DNA of 34,483 bases, taken from Octopus bimaculoides. Its lineage: Eukaryota. The translations under genes and the position numbers were made by a program. This document shows positions 21,750 through 33,312 of the stretch, piece by piece (position 1 is the first letter of the stretch; each line of letters opens with the position of its first letter). The stretch covers positions 40,390,335-40,424,817 of the forward strand of contig NC_068997.1 in assembly GCF_001194135.2 (NCBI RefSeq), given 5' to 3'. The notes under the pieces are model-generated. The model saw nothing but the letters and a program-made list of their open reading frames with translations, had not been told where the DNA came from and made no database searches.

Positions 21750-23276
21750 NNNNNNNNNNNNNNNNNNNNNNNNNNNNNNNNNNNNNNNNNNNNNNNNNNN
21801 NNNNNNNNNNNNNNNNNNNNNNNNNNNNNNNNNNNNNNNNNNNNNNNNNNNNNNNNNNNNNNNNNNNNNNNNNNNNNNNNNNNNNNNNNNNNNNNNNNNN
21901 NNNNNNNNNNNNNNNNNNNNNNNNNNNNNNNNNNNNNNNNNNNNNNNNNNNNNNNNNNNNNNNNNNNNNNNNNNNNNNNNNNNNNNNNNNNNNNNNNNNN
22001 NNNNNNNNNNNNNNNNNNNNNNNNNNNNNNNNNNNNNNNNNNNNNNNNNNNNNNNNNNNNNNNNNNNNNNNNNNNNNNNNNNNNNNNNNNNNNNNNNNNN
22101 NNNNNNNNNNNNNNNNNNNNNNNNNNNNNNNNNNNNNNNNNNNNNNNNNNNNNNNNNNNNNNNNNNNNNNNNNNNNNNNNNNNNNNNNNNNNNNNNNNNN
22201 NNNNNNNNNNNNNNNNNNNNNNNNNNNNNNNNNNNNNNNNNNNNNNNNNNNNNNNNNNNNNNNNNNNNNNNNNNNNNNNNNNNNNNNNNNNNNNNNNNNN
22301 NNNNNNNNNNNNNNNNNNNNNNNNNTATATATATATATATATATATGTACATATATATTATAGGTACACACAGACATACATACATGTGTGTGTATAATAT
22401 ATATACATCTATATGAATACATAATTACATATATATGCATATATATATACATATACTTACACACACAAGTAGATATATATATATATATATTCATATATAT
22501 ATGTATATGTATATATATGCATGTATATACATATATACACACACATATATGCATATATATATAGTTACATATATATATATATATATACATACACACAGAC
22601 ACACACACGCTCATACATAAACACATTTTTTTTTCTTCCTCTTCTTATTAAATTCTTTTCGTTTCTTCTTTTTCTTCTTCATTCTCCCCTCCTCTCTCTT
22701 CGTCTTCACCCTCTGCACCACCACCAACAGACACCAACACCAACACCACATGTCCATCGCAAGAACAACTTTAACATCAATAACAAGTTTAAACACTAAA
22801 GCTAATACTAAAGCCACGCCGTTGCACAACTGTGCACTAAACCAGGCTCTTTACTATCACTAGTTCGTGTTTTTTTCTCTGGTATTTCCCTGTGCTGGTG
22901 TGTGTATATGTGTGGCGTTAGCTGTTAGTACTTCTCTGTGACTGTTTGTATGTTATGTGTGTGTCGGTGTTTGTCTGTATGTGGGATGAAGAGTTTTGTA
23001 GCGCATGCGTATGAGGTTGAAGAGGGACGCACGCAAGCATAAGTAGTTTGTGTGTGCGTGAGTGAGTGAATGTGTGCGTAAGTATAGATTTGAGTGTGTG
23101 AGTTAGTGAGGGTATGTTTGAGTGTTGTGTGATAAACTATGTAGATGTGTCCGCGCGTGCATCTGTGTGTGTGTGTGTGGATGCATTTTTTAGTGTGTCA
23201 GAGTGAGAGCATGCGCTAGTTTCTGTGTGAGATTTTGGGTATAAGTACATGCATGTGTGTGTACGTGTGTGAGGGC

Positions 23277-23425
23277 GCGTGCGTCTGTGTGTGTGTATGA
23301 GTGAGTGTATATGTGTGTCTGTAAGAGAGTGCACGCGTGTATGGTGTGTGTGTGGGACGCGTGCGTCTGTGTGTGTGTATGAGTGAGTGTATATGTGTGT
23401 CCGTAAGAGAGTGCACGCGTGTATG
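23277..23425. repeat. 82-bp-period tandem duplication within a degenerate (GT)-rich tract
   Basis: GCGTCTGTGTGTGTGTATGAGTGAGTGTATATGTGTGT.C.GTAAGAGAGTGCACGCGTGTATG starts at 23281 and 23363. Confidence 0.9.
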
Positions 23426-24205
23426 AATTTGTGCATGTGTATGTATTAGTGGGTGTAATGAATGCATGTGTATGTGAGAAAGTGTTCGTGTGTGAGTAGT
23501 AGATACCTGAGTATGTGTTGCTTTGCGTGCGTGTGTGCGTGTGTGTGTGTGCATATGTACGTGTGAGAGAGACAGGACCGCTGTGTGTGTGTGTGTGTGT
23601 GAGTGTGTGTGTGCGTGTGTGTGTGTGTGTGTGTGTGCCGGTAGAGATGAATGTAGGACATACATGTATACGTGCATGTGAGTAAATGTATACATGTCAA
23701 ATGGAAACATATGGTTGTGTGCAAGTGTGTGAATGTGTTTGTGCGCGCGCGCGCATGTGTGTGCCGTTACATAATCTTTTACATGTTTCAGTCACTGTAC
23801 AGTGATCATGCTGGAGCACCACTCTGGTGAACTTCCATTGTCTATACATGCACACAAGCGCGCACAGATACTTGCATACTCAGCACACATGTATATACTT
23901 GCATATACACACAATCAAACACACACAAGCACACGCACACACGGGCACGCGCGCACATACATGCACGCACACACACACAGACATACACACACACGTATAT
24001 ATATATATGTATGTATGTACGTATATCAGTATGAGTAAATGGGCGGCTTCTGCACGATCTCCTCCAAACATATTTACTCACAGGATACAACGACCAGGCT
24101 GGGTCAGTACCACTGGGGAGCACCTTTGACAACTGACTACCACTATTGTCCTAGCCTGACCAATTCATGTATATGTGTGTGTGTGTGTATGTGTGTGTGT
24201 GTATG

Positions 24206-24250
<45 letters not shown>

Positions 24251-24721
24251 NNNNNNNNNNNNNNNNNNNNNNNNNNNNNNNNNNNNNNNNNNNNNNNNNN
24301 NNNNNNNNNNNNNNNNNNNNNNNNNNNNNNNNNNNNNNNNNNNNNNNNNNNNNNNNNNNNNNNNNNNNNNNNNNNNNNNNNNNNNNNNNNNNNNNNNNNN
24401 NNNNNNNNNNNNNNNNNNNNNNNNNNNNNNNNNNNNNNNNNNNNNNNNNNNNNNNNNNNNNNNNNNNNNNNNNNNNNNNNNNNNNNNNNNNNNNNNNNNN
24501 NNNNNNNNNNNNNNNNNNNNNNNNNNNNNNNNNNNNNNNNNNNNNNNNNNNNNNNNNNNNNNNNNNNNNNNNNNNNNNNNNNNNNNNNNNNNNNNNNNNN
24601 NNNNNNNNNNNNNNNNNNNNNNNNATATATATATATATATATATACATATATATGTGTATATATACATGAACACACTCATACACACGCACATATTGGCAG
24701 ATAGAAAGTGAAATTAAAAAT

Positions 24722-24860
24722 CAAAATCAACAAAAGTCAGAAAAACATATACAGGGATCGCATTTGGTTGACGCTCCGTTTAAGATGGAATAAAACAGGA
24801 GGAGTTGAACGTTTCGAGCAGAGATCTTCGTCAGAAAGAGGAAAAAGAAAATGTTCAGAG
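24722..24860 (-). mobile_element. Family F repeat with hammerhead-like motif (24805-24837)
   Basis: Minus strand reads CTTT-CTGACGA-A-GATC-TCT-GCTC-GAAA-CG-TT: core intact, ACGT palindromic stem III, one mismatch in stem II, stem I poorly paired. Confidence 0.65.
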
Positions 24861-24998
24861 AGAAGGGAAAAGACGGTCCAAGAAAGGTACGTGTATAGTT
24901 ACGTGGTCAAAGTATATATATATATATATTTGACCACGTAACTATACACGTACCTTTCCCTTCTGGACCGTCTTTTCCCTTCTCTCTGAACATTTTCT
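24846..24998. repeat. Long near-perfect inverted repeat (arms 24846-24911 and 24929-24998) with (TA)n spacer
   Basis: The right arm equals the reverse complement of the left arm except for a ~4-nt insertion near 24957-24964. Confidence 0.95.
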
Positions 24999-25034
24999 GA
25001 ACATATGCATGTGTGTGTGTTTATGGAGGTCTGT

Positions 25035-25180
25035 CCCTACACCGCCAATTGAAAACTGGTGTCAGTTTGTTATGTCCCGGAATTGATTGAGTACCAGACT
25101 TAAAAAGTACTAAGCGCTATCTGTCTGAATAGATCCTTTAACACGCTACCACAGCATTGCCGCAATCCAAAGGCTGGAAG
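25035..25180 (+). mobile_element. Diverged 3' half of SINE family A
   Basis: CACCGCCAATTGAAAACTGGTGTCAGTTTGTTATGTCCC...GAGTACCAGACTTAAAAAGTACT...CAGCATTGCCGCAATC resembles the family A 3' region. Confidence 0.6.
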
Positions 25181-25207
25181 AAGTTAAAGATGATGATGGT
25201 GATGATG

Positions 25208-25281
<74 letters not shown>

Positions 25282-25964
25282 ATAGAAGAGATAGATAAAT
25301 AGATAAACAGACAGAAAAATGTGTAAATGTGTATATATCAATATACTTGTGTGTAAATATATATATACATGTATGTGTGTGTGCGTATATATATATATAT
25401 AGATATATATTTGTACGTATGTATGTATATGTGTTTGGTTGTGTGTGAATGCGTGTGTGTACGCGTGCGTGCGCGTGTGTGTGTGTATGTGTCTGTGTGT
25501 CTGTGTGTCTGTGTGTGTGAATATGTTGCCTCCGTCTATATTTTCACAGGAAGTGAAAATGCTCAAGGGAAAATGCTGAACGAATGACAAAAAAGTGAAT
25601 TGGGAACCCGTTTCTGATTTTTTTTGGCAGTTCTTCGAAACGTTATTCTCAAAAGATTAAAGAAAACAATATCTTAAATTGAGAGGGCTATGTATTTGTT
25701 ACCAAGAGACTTCTTAAGTCTCTAGAAATGCATCATTGGGAAATTGAGACAAATTTAGGTGTCTAGATTTATGTTACAGAGGAAATGACTTACTAGATAT
25801 GAAGTGTCAGAAGAGACACTTCTCAGCATAAGAACGAAGTTCATGATAGAAGCTTGTCACCCTGTTCTGTTTTCCCTAAATTGATAAAATACGCTCCGCC
25901 TGACTCTCCATCGGTTACAACGATGGGTGCTGTACTTGATTCAATCAACACGAATGCCTTTAAC

Positions 25965-26166
25965 GTAGTTCTCATGGAAATTCAGCATGACACAGAATGT
26001 TGCAAGGCCGGCCCTTTAAAATACAGGAACTACTCACTTTTGGCTGCTGAGTAGAGTAGAGCAATGAGTAATGAAGCATCTTGCTCAAGGACACAACGCA
26101 CCACCAAGTATTGAACTCACGGTGCTTACAATCGTGACTTGAATGCCCTAGCCACTAAACACCACG
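25965..26166 (-). mobile_element. SINE family B copy
   Basis: Reverse strand has A-box-like TGGTTTAGTGG, B-box-like GTTCAATAC and GTGTCCTTGAGCAAGATGCTTCATT. Confidence 0.7.
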
Positions 26167-26280
26167 CAGAAGCTTATTAATTGACTGGGTATTTGAATTT
26201 TTACTTCTGTGAATTGAAAACAATTGGTTCTAATAAGTGTGAACTTTTGGCTGATTGCAAAGATTTGGATTAGGGTGATC

Positions 26281-26325
26281 TTCTAAACCAGAGGTTCTCA
26301 ACCACTTTTTACCTATGGAATCCTG
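26281..26325 (+). mobile_element. hAT/Charlie-type terminal inverted repeat remnant
   Basis: CAGAGGTTCTCAACC (26289-26303) preceded by TTCTAAAC, close to the NTCTAGAN Charlie target consensus; no partner TIR found. Confidence 0.5.
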
Positions 26326-26389
26326 TCGAGAAGCACTCCTCTAAATGAATATGACTTTCATAACTATTTATTTACTCTTGACAAACATT

Positions 26390-26660
26390 GTCAGCGTTGT
26401 ACAGAAGAAGAATCTTAGTCTACTTGAAAGCTGTATTTCCCAACGTTGTAATTGCACTTAGAGTGTCCGTGTGCATGACAGTGATGAACTGTACAGGAGA
26501 AAGTTCTTTTTCCAAACACAAACTTTTGAAAAAGTCAGTTTTGCAGCACATAATGGTAGCGTCATTTAAACTGGCTTCCATCCTTGTACAAGGAAAATGG
26601 TATTCTGACGACTAGTGACTTCAAAACAATTATAAAGCAATTCTCTACAAAGAAATGTAT
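26390..26660 (+). mobile_element. hAT transposase C-terminal dimerisation-domain remnant
   Basis: LKAVFPNVVIALRVSVCMTVMNCTGESSFSKHKLLK, then a shifted frame RHLNWLPSLYKENGILTTSDFKTIIKQFSTKK; matches the FPN..IALRI.....VT.CTGERSFSKLK.IK...RL..L.IL..E pattern of Dimer_Tnp_hAT. Confidence 0.75.
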
Positions 26661-27317
26661 TCGTTTTTGTTGAGCATTTGATTAATAATAAATAACTCAT
26701 GGTAATTTCATACTGTATCATCTCCATTTGTATGATGTGCCAATTGGTTATTATAAGTACGTTGAAAATTATGTGCTTTTCATGGCGCGTGTTATTCTGT
26801 TCAAAGGCTGCGTTGATTTAATCTTCGCTGTACAATATAGTTTTTATTGTTTAAGCCACTGCTTTTGTTTAAAATGCCAACAAATCTTGTGTTTAAGTTT
26901 ATCCAACAATAACGTTTTGGATTTGTTTTATTACTTTGGTTTCTTCTTTTTTACTGAAACGTGTGTATGAGTCGTCTTTGGAAATATCAGAAAAGTGGTT
27001 TCTGATATGACCTGTCGTCAATGGGTGAACATTACATAGGTCGTAGCACTTTGCCAATCGCCCTATGGAGGGATGATTGAAGTTCTGGAGAAAAGTATTG
27101 TTTCTACATTTAAACAAGTAAATATAAAATTTTGATGAGCCTTCAAATTGAGAAAAGCAGCTGGAGATAACAATAACTGAAAGCTCTATTTTAGATATAC
27201 ACATTTTATCCTTTATAAAGTAATGCCATGTAACACGATTTTTGTCCTTGAGTAGCAACTGTTATTACCTGTTTGCTTACCTCTAGTAAGTATGAAAAGT
27301 GATTAATATTTCCTTCG

Positions 27318-27469
27318 TTTATTCAACCTCAAAGAATCCCTCTCAACACATGGCTATAATACTGCCCAAATAATCTTGCACATATTTTCAGCTACTAAGG
27401 GATATGCTCAAGTGATTAAGGTCAAGCAACTGACAAGAACATCTGTGCTATTGAGCAGAATATTTGCTA
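27318..27469. mobile_element. Partial inverted copy of family D repeat
   Basis: Reverse-complement matches to 13158-13290. Confidence 0.75.
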
Positions 27470-28003
27470 TAATGATATTTCTACTTCAGCAAATCAGTGC
27501 TGTATCTGTCTGAAATGTAATGGGAAATTGGTCAGTTTCAAAAGATTGATGTGCAGGTCACAAATGCAAACTTTGAAGAGAATAGTAGTCATTTCCTTTG
27601 ATTTCTAGAAAGAAGCAAATTGGAAATAGCACTTACTAACAAAAAAAAAACAAGAAAGATTTTGTTACACAGTGATTATGATTATTTTCCTTAATCATAT
27701 TTAAATTAACTTTCTTTATCAGATGGGCATGTAAGTGTCGAAATGAATTGCTTTGCCCAGGGGCCTACAATGCTATTTCGATGGCCCTACTTGAAACCAA
27801 TATAAATGAAGTCAAATCTACACTGACTCAGTGAATAGAGACCACTAAACATTCAATTGTGTAGTTATACTAATCTTATCCCTTGAAATAACAAAATAAA
27901 TAAATAAATACAACTATATATATATATCGAGAAAATATTAGCATACATCTTTTCTGGTTTAACCAAGAATATCACGCAACTAAAGACTTATGATCGCTAA
28001 ATG

Positions 28004-28258
28004 TGTGGAGAAGCGTGGCTTAGTGGTTAAGGTGTTGAACTTAAGATCTCGAAATTGTGGTTTCGATTCCTGAATCGGGCGACGCGCTGTGTTCTTGAGC
28101 AAAATACTTCATTTCATGTTGCTCCAGTCAACACAATTGGCAAAAATGAGTAATCCTGCGACGGACTGACGTCCCGTACAAGATAGGGGATATATACGTG
28201 TACGCCACGGAAACCAGGAGAGCAGTCTTTGGGTCGGTATGACTCGAGAAGGATCTTC
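28004..28258 (+). mobile_element. tRNA-derived SINE (family B-type head)
   Basis: A box TGGCTTAGTGG (28016-28026), B-box-like GGTTTCGATTCC, then GTGTTCTTGAGCAAAATACTTCATTTCATGTTGCTCCAGT. Confidence 0.85.
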
Positions 28259-28489
28259 ATAATCGTAAAATGTTTGGTCTCACTATCAATACGGATGTTT
28301 CTTTACAAGCATACATCCTTAACACGTTTGAAACTGCATTTCAATATGCAGCTTTTTTCTTCAGAAGTAGAAACAATTTCAGGATACAACTATAAACCGT
28401 TTACAAATCTAAGACATACAATGGAGTAGTGTTCCCACATGGTGCTAGCACTAGAGATACAAGCATTTTAGTCTGGACTCAAACAAAGT

Positions 28490-28865
28490 CCATTTTATTC
28501 GTTGGCCTAAAACCTTTGGCCCGCAGACATGCTGTCCCTTCCCTCTACCTTTTTTACCGCTACCAAAAACGTCCTCATTCTTCAGAACTGCCTGATATTG
28601 CGCTACCTATACTCAATCATTTTTTACTCACTCATCTCCCCTTCTCACATCACATATGTTGTGTCCAGCCTCTCAGGCCTCACGCTAACAACTTCACTCA
28701 GTAATTCCTACTGAGATCTTCACTCCTCTGAAATTTCATTCTTACCTATGTACTTCTAATATTCGCCGAATCACAAAAGTTTAGGCGAAACATTAAACAC
28801 ATCAATTTCCCCGATTGCAAGGGGCCAACGAAGTCCATGGACACAACCCCGTTCTCATGGTCTAG
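28490..28865 (+). mobile_element. CR1/Jockey-group LINE 3' fragment
   Basis: LKPLARRHAVPSLYLFYRYQKRPHSSELPDI...HANNFTQ then RSSLL*NF, matching the LQPL.HRR.VASLSLFYRY....CSSEL...SF.PRT..LWN.LP C-terminal pattern. Confidence 0.7.
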
Positions 28866-28872
28866 CGATTAT

Positions 28873-29245
28873 CATAGGCGCAGGCGTTGTTCCGGGTTCA
28901 GTCCTATTGCATGGCACCTTGGAAAGTGTCTTGTACTATAGCCTCGGTCAGACCCCAAAGCCTTGTGAGTGGATTTGATAGACAGAAACTGAAAGCCAGT
29001 AGAATATACATGTATGCTTCTGTGTGTGTGCGTTTGTGTGTGCGTGCATACGTGTGCGCGTGTGCATGTGCGTGCGTACGCCCGCGCCTGTGTTTATGTC
29101 AACGCAACTTAGCGGTTCGACAAAAGGAGCCGATAATACCAGGTCTTACGAAATACGTACTGAGATCGATTCGTTTGACTAAAACTCCTTGTCTGGTCAC
29201 AGTTTAATGACTGAAACAAGTAGAAGAATAAATGAATAAAGAATG
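28873..29245 (+). mobile_element. SINE family A, near full-length with deletion in head and internal (TG/CG) tract
   Basis: AGGCGCAGGCG..GGGTTCAGTCC..CCAAAGCCTTGTGAGTGGATTTG..; 3' part AACTTAGCGGTTCG..ATGACTGAAACAAGTAGAAGAATAAA. Confidence 0.85.
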
Positions 29246-29703
29246 ATCTTTAACTGTGCTAAATTTTCGTGGTGAACTGATTTCGGAACATTCTAATTAC
29301 TCGATTGTCTGAATTCTAAGAGAAGGTTTTATTGAACTGTTTCACCAGCCAGCAAAAACACCAAGCGTTTGAACAATTATCGTCTGAATTTTACTTCAAC
29401 TAAATAAATAAATTTAAGTTTATAAGCGACTCCTTTAAGCTAACTGTGCATCTACACAGTTAATATCGATCTGATTGAGAGAATGAACTAATGTACAGCA
29501 TATCACTTAAAACGAATCACCAATGTGGTTGTTCAGCAAACAATCACAGATCCCTCATCCGTCGCCTAATAAAGGGAAGATCCCTTACGCGCGGGCGTGC
29601 ACACAGGTACATACACACACACACTCACACACTCACAGATGCACACATGCACATGCACACGCATGTACACACACACACACACGCATGCACACGCACACAC
29701 ACC

Positions 29704-29743
<40 letters not shown>

Positions 29744-30107
29744 ATGAAATTCGTAAGACTCTTTGTTCAGAACCACTACAATCGTTTCGATTCATCGTGC
29801 ACCCGTATCGTACATGCGAGATAGAGTAGTAACAATTGTCATGCATTAAAGGCATAGAGGCATCTCCTCAAGTGACTTTTTAGAAAAGTACCTCGTTTTT
29901 TACCTGTTCTTTCCCTTATTTCATTAACAATACGCTCTGTTTAGAGTGGCAATCCGTTTCCACAATGAACAAAGGCAGATTATGTCTCTTCTTATATAAA
30001 CTCTAGCGGCATATATGTCTGTACTGTTGTTGATATCAAGTAGCCGTATACCGTGGACAGACATTAAACAGCATACGATAAGGTGTCTACTCGAATATAA
30101 ATTATTA

Positions 30108-30179
30108 CTAGATAGATAGAGAGAGACAGAGAGAGCGACAGACAGACAGAGAGACAGATAGACAGACAGAGACACTGGC

Positions 30180-30229
<50 letters not shown>

Positions 30230-30230
30230 C
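30108..30230. repeat. (GA)/(GACA)/(GATA)n microsatellite
   Basis: Direct reading. Confidence 0.95.
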
Positions 30231-30294
30231 AACACAAAATATATTGCACGATGCGTAGCTGTATTTTTGTGTCTCGAATTCTAGAAAGGCCCTT

Positions 30295-30750
30295 TGACAG
30301 GTCCTATTTTTCATCCCGCAGGGTGTCCAACAACACCCTCCTCACCAAGTAAGCCTGGTGAGGTTGCTAGTTTGGTCGCCGATGATCCGACCATGCGACA
30401 AGTTGTACTGGATTACATGTTAACATTTACTGGATTACATGTTGAGTGGCACTCAAATCTCATCTGCGAACACATGGAAAACGAACCTCCACCACCTATT
30501 CTGCCTATATGACTGTGCACACCTTTGAATGCAGTGTGTGCAAATCCAACGGAAGCCTCAAAAGACATGTTAAGATCCACAACGAGCAGAACTTATTTGC
30601 AGGTCTTGGTGGTCCAAATCAGAGGTGCAATCTATGTGGGTGTGTTTTCAGAGCATTGTCTGGTTTAAAAAGCCATATCAGATACCATGTTGGTGCTAAG
30701 GTGTAGGTACAGGAGGTGGTCAAACTCTGTATAAAGAGTAGACAACCACG
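30295..30750 (+). mobile_element. Putative internally deleted RTE-like element: structured 5' leader plus C-terminal C2H2 zinc-finger coding remnant
   Basis: Three hairpins at 30321-30393; duplicated 16-mer at the junction; ORF 30446-30706 with LKSHLRTH, CSVCKSNGSLKRHVKIH (short) and canonical CNLCGCVFRALSGLKSHIRYH; 3' stem-loop ACTCT/AGAGT before (TA)n. The RTE assignment is inference. Confidence 0.5.
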
Positions 30751-30794
30751 ATATATATATATACATACATACATATATACATACATACGCGGGT

Positions 30795-30883
30795 CTTTGG
30801 ACATGGGTCTTTTACTATAGCCTCGGGTCGACAAAAGCTTTGTGAGTGGATTTAGTGAACGGAAACAGAATGCAACCCGTCGT
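30795..30883 (+). mobile_element. SINE family A body fragment ending in (TA)n and gap
   Basis: TACTATAGCCTCGGGTCGACAAAAGCTTTGTGAGTGGATTTAGTGAACGGAAAC. Confidence 0.85.
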
Positions 30884-31560
30884 ATATATATATATATATA
30901 TATATATATANNNNNNNNNNNNNNNNNNNNNNNNNNNNNNNNNNNNNNNNNNNNNNNNNNNNNNNNNNNNNNNNNNNNNNNNNNNNNNNNNNNNNNNNNN
31001 NNNNNNNNNNNNNNNNNNNNNNNNNNNNNNNNNNNNNNNNNNNNNNNNNNNNNNNNNNNNNNNNNNNNNNNNNNNNNNNNNNNNNNNNNNNNNNNNNNNN
31101 NNNNNNNNNNNNNNNNNNNNNNNNNNNNNNNNNNNNNNNNNNNNNNNNNNNNNNNNNNNNNNNNNNNNNNNNNNNNNNNNNNNNNNNNNNNNNNNNNNNN
31201 NNNNNNNNNNNNNNNNNNNNNNNNNNNNNNNNNNNNNNNNNNNNNNNNNNNNNNNNNNNNNNNNNNNNNNNNNNNNNNNNNNNNNNNNNNNNNNNNNNNN
31301 NNNNNNNNNNNNNNNNNNNNNNNNNNNNNNNNNNNNNNNNNNNNNNNNNNNNNNNNNNNNNNNNNNNNNNNNNNNNNNNNNNNNNNNNNNNNNNNNNNNN
31401 NNNNNNNNNNNNNNNNNNNNNNNNNNNNNNNNNNNNNNNNNNNNNNNNNNNNNNNNNNNNNNNNNNNNNNNNNNNNNNNNNNNNNNNNNNNNNNNNNNNN
31501 NNNNNNNNNNNNNNNNNNNNNNNNNNNNNNNNNNNNNNNNNNNNNNNNNNNNNNNNNNNN

Positions 31561-31709
31561 CGGCCTTTAGTCGAGCAAATCGACCCCAGGACTTTGTAAG
31601 TCTAGTACTTATTCTATCGCTCTCTTAAGCCGAACAGCTAATTGACGGGGACGTAAACACAGCAGCATCGGTTGTCAAGTGATGTTGGGGAGGACAAAGA
31701 CAGACACAG

Positions 31710-31759
<50 letters not shown>

Positions 31760-31908
31760 GTACATATACACGACGGGCTTCTTTCAGTTTCCGTCTACCA
31801 AATCTACTCACAAGGCTTTGGTCGACCCGAGGCTATACTAGAAGACATTTGCCCAAAGTGACACGCAGTGGGACTGAACTCGGAACTACGTGATTGGTGA
31901 GCAAGCCA
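31561..31908 (-). mobile_element. SINE family A, near full-length
   Basis: Reverse complement of head, body, internal (TA)/(TG)n and 3' part (GGGGTCGATTTGCTCGACTAAAGGCCG). Confidence 0.9.
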
Positions 31909-31993
31909 CATACATACATACATACATGCATACATACATACGTACATACATACATGCATGCATACATACATACATACATATGTACATACATAC

Positions 31994-32060
<67 letters not shown>

Positions 32061-32091
32061 TGAAAGAAGATATACTGAAAGAAGTGTGTCG

Positions 32092-32139
<48 letters not shown>

Positions 32140-32144
32140 CGCGC

Positions 32145-32245
32145 CCGTCTGTGTGTTTGTTGGTCCCACCATCACCGCTTGACAACCGTTGTTGCTGTGT
32201 TGAGGCCCCCGTAAACTAGCGGTTCGGCAAAACACTCCGATAGTA
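32145..32245 (+). mobile_element. SINE family A 3' fragment
   Basis: CACCATCACCGCTTGACAACCGTTGTTGCTGTGTTG..CCCCGTAAACTAGCGGTTCGGCAAAA. Confidence 0.8.
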
Positions 32246-32267
32246 TATATAAATACACACACACACA

Positions 32268-32352
<85 letters not shown>

Positions 32353-32371
32353 GTATATATATATGTGTGTA

Positions 32372-32403
<32 letters not shown>

Positions 32404-33232
32404 TATGATTTTTTGAATGTATATGTATATATGTCCATATATTTATGCCCAAACATAAACACAGCTTTGCATTTATTTCCATGTATTCATATACACTTTA
32501 TGTTGATAGATACACATATTCACACACACACACGCTCACATGTGTATTCATACACACACACACATGCACACATACAGACAACTAAGTATGTATATAGTAT
32601 GTATATGCTTAAAGACATATATACATACATACATGTGTATATATATTTATTTGTATATGTACACATAGAAATACATAGGTATATACATTCATACAACATA
32701 TATGTACACGTGCGTTTATATACGTACACACACACACGAAAATACACACAGAAAAACACAAGCACATTCACACAGATACTCATATATACACACACACAAC
32801 ACACACACAGTGAAGACAAATATACAACTTTCCACTATATTTCTTTATTCATGTTCTTTATTCTTCAAAATTCTAACTTTTACCATTTCTAACGACTTTA
32901 CATGTTTTCTTCTCAACTTTTTTTATTGCTGTTTTTGTTGTTTACCTTATATGCCTTTTGTGTATGTTTGTATGTATGTGTATGTATGTGTTTATCTCTC
33001 TTGTTGTCTGTGTGTATGTCTGTGTTTATGGCTGTGTGTGTAAGCATGTCTTTGTTATCTTCAGTGTAAAAGATATCTGACTATAGAAACAAGTCGACCA
33101 TCATCTCATAAATACATACACGCGCTCACACATCCTCGTACAGAATACAAACACATATACAAATCATGCCATATACATATACATATATGTGTACATATTA
33201 TATATGCATGTATATACATATATGTATATCTA

Positions 33233-33312
<80 letters not shown>

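Noticed and set aside
23730-23765. Z-DNA-prone (CG)/(TG) tracts as regulatory elements
   Set aside because: Such tracts are ubiquitous in this window; nothing locus-specific.
26899-27258. 119-aa minus-strand ORF
   Set aside because: No recognisable domain or splice context; AT-rich chance ORF or unassignable transposon debris.
29770-29800. Minus-strand CGATGAATCGAAACG hammerhead-like string
   Set aside because: No room for stem II and no stem I pairing.
30322-30348. 27-nt in-frame microexon candidate (GVQQHPPHQ) with AG/GTAAG borders
   Set aside because: It lies inside the repeat-derived hairpin leader, and the homologous copy at ~17600 lacks the donor.
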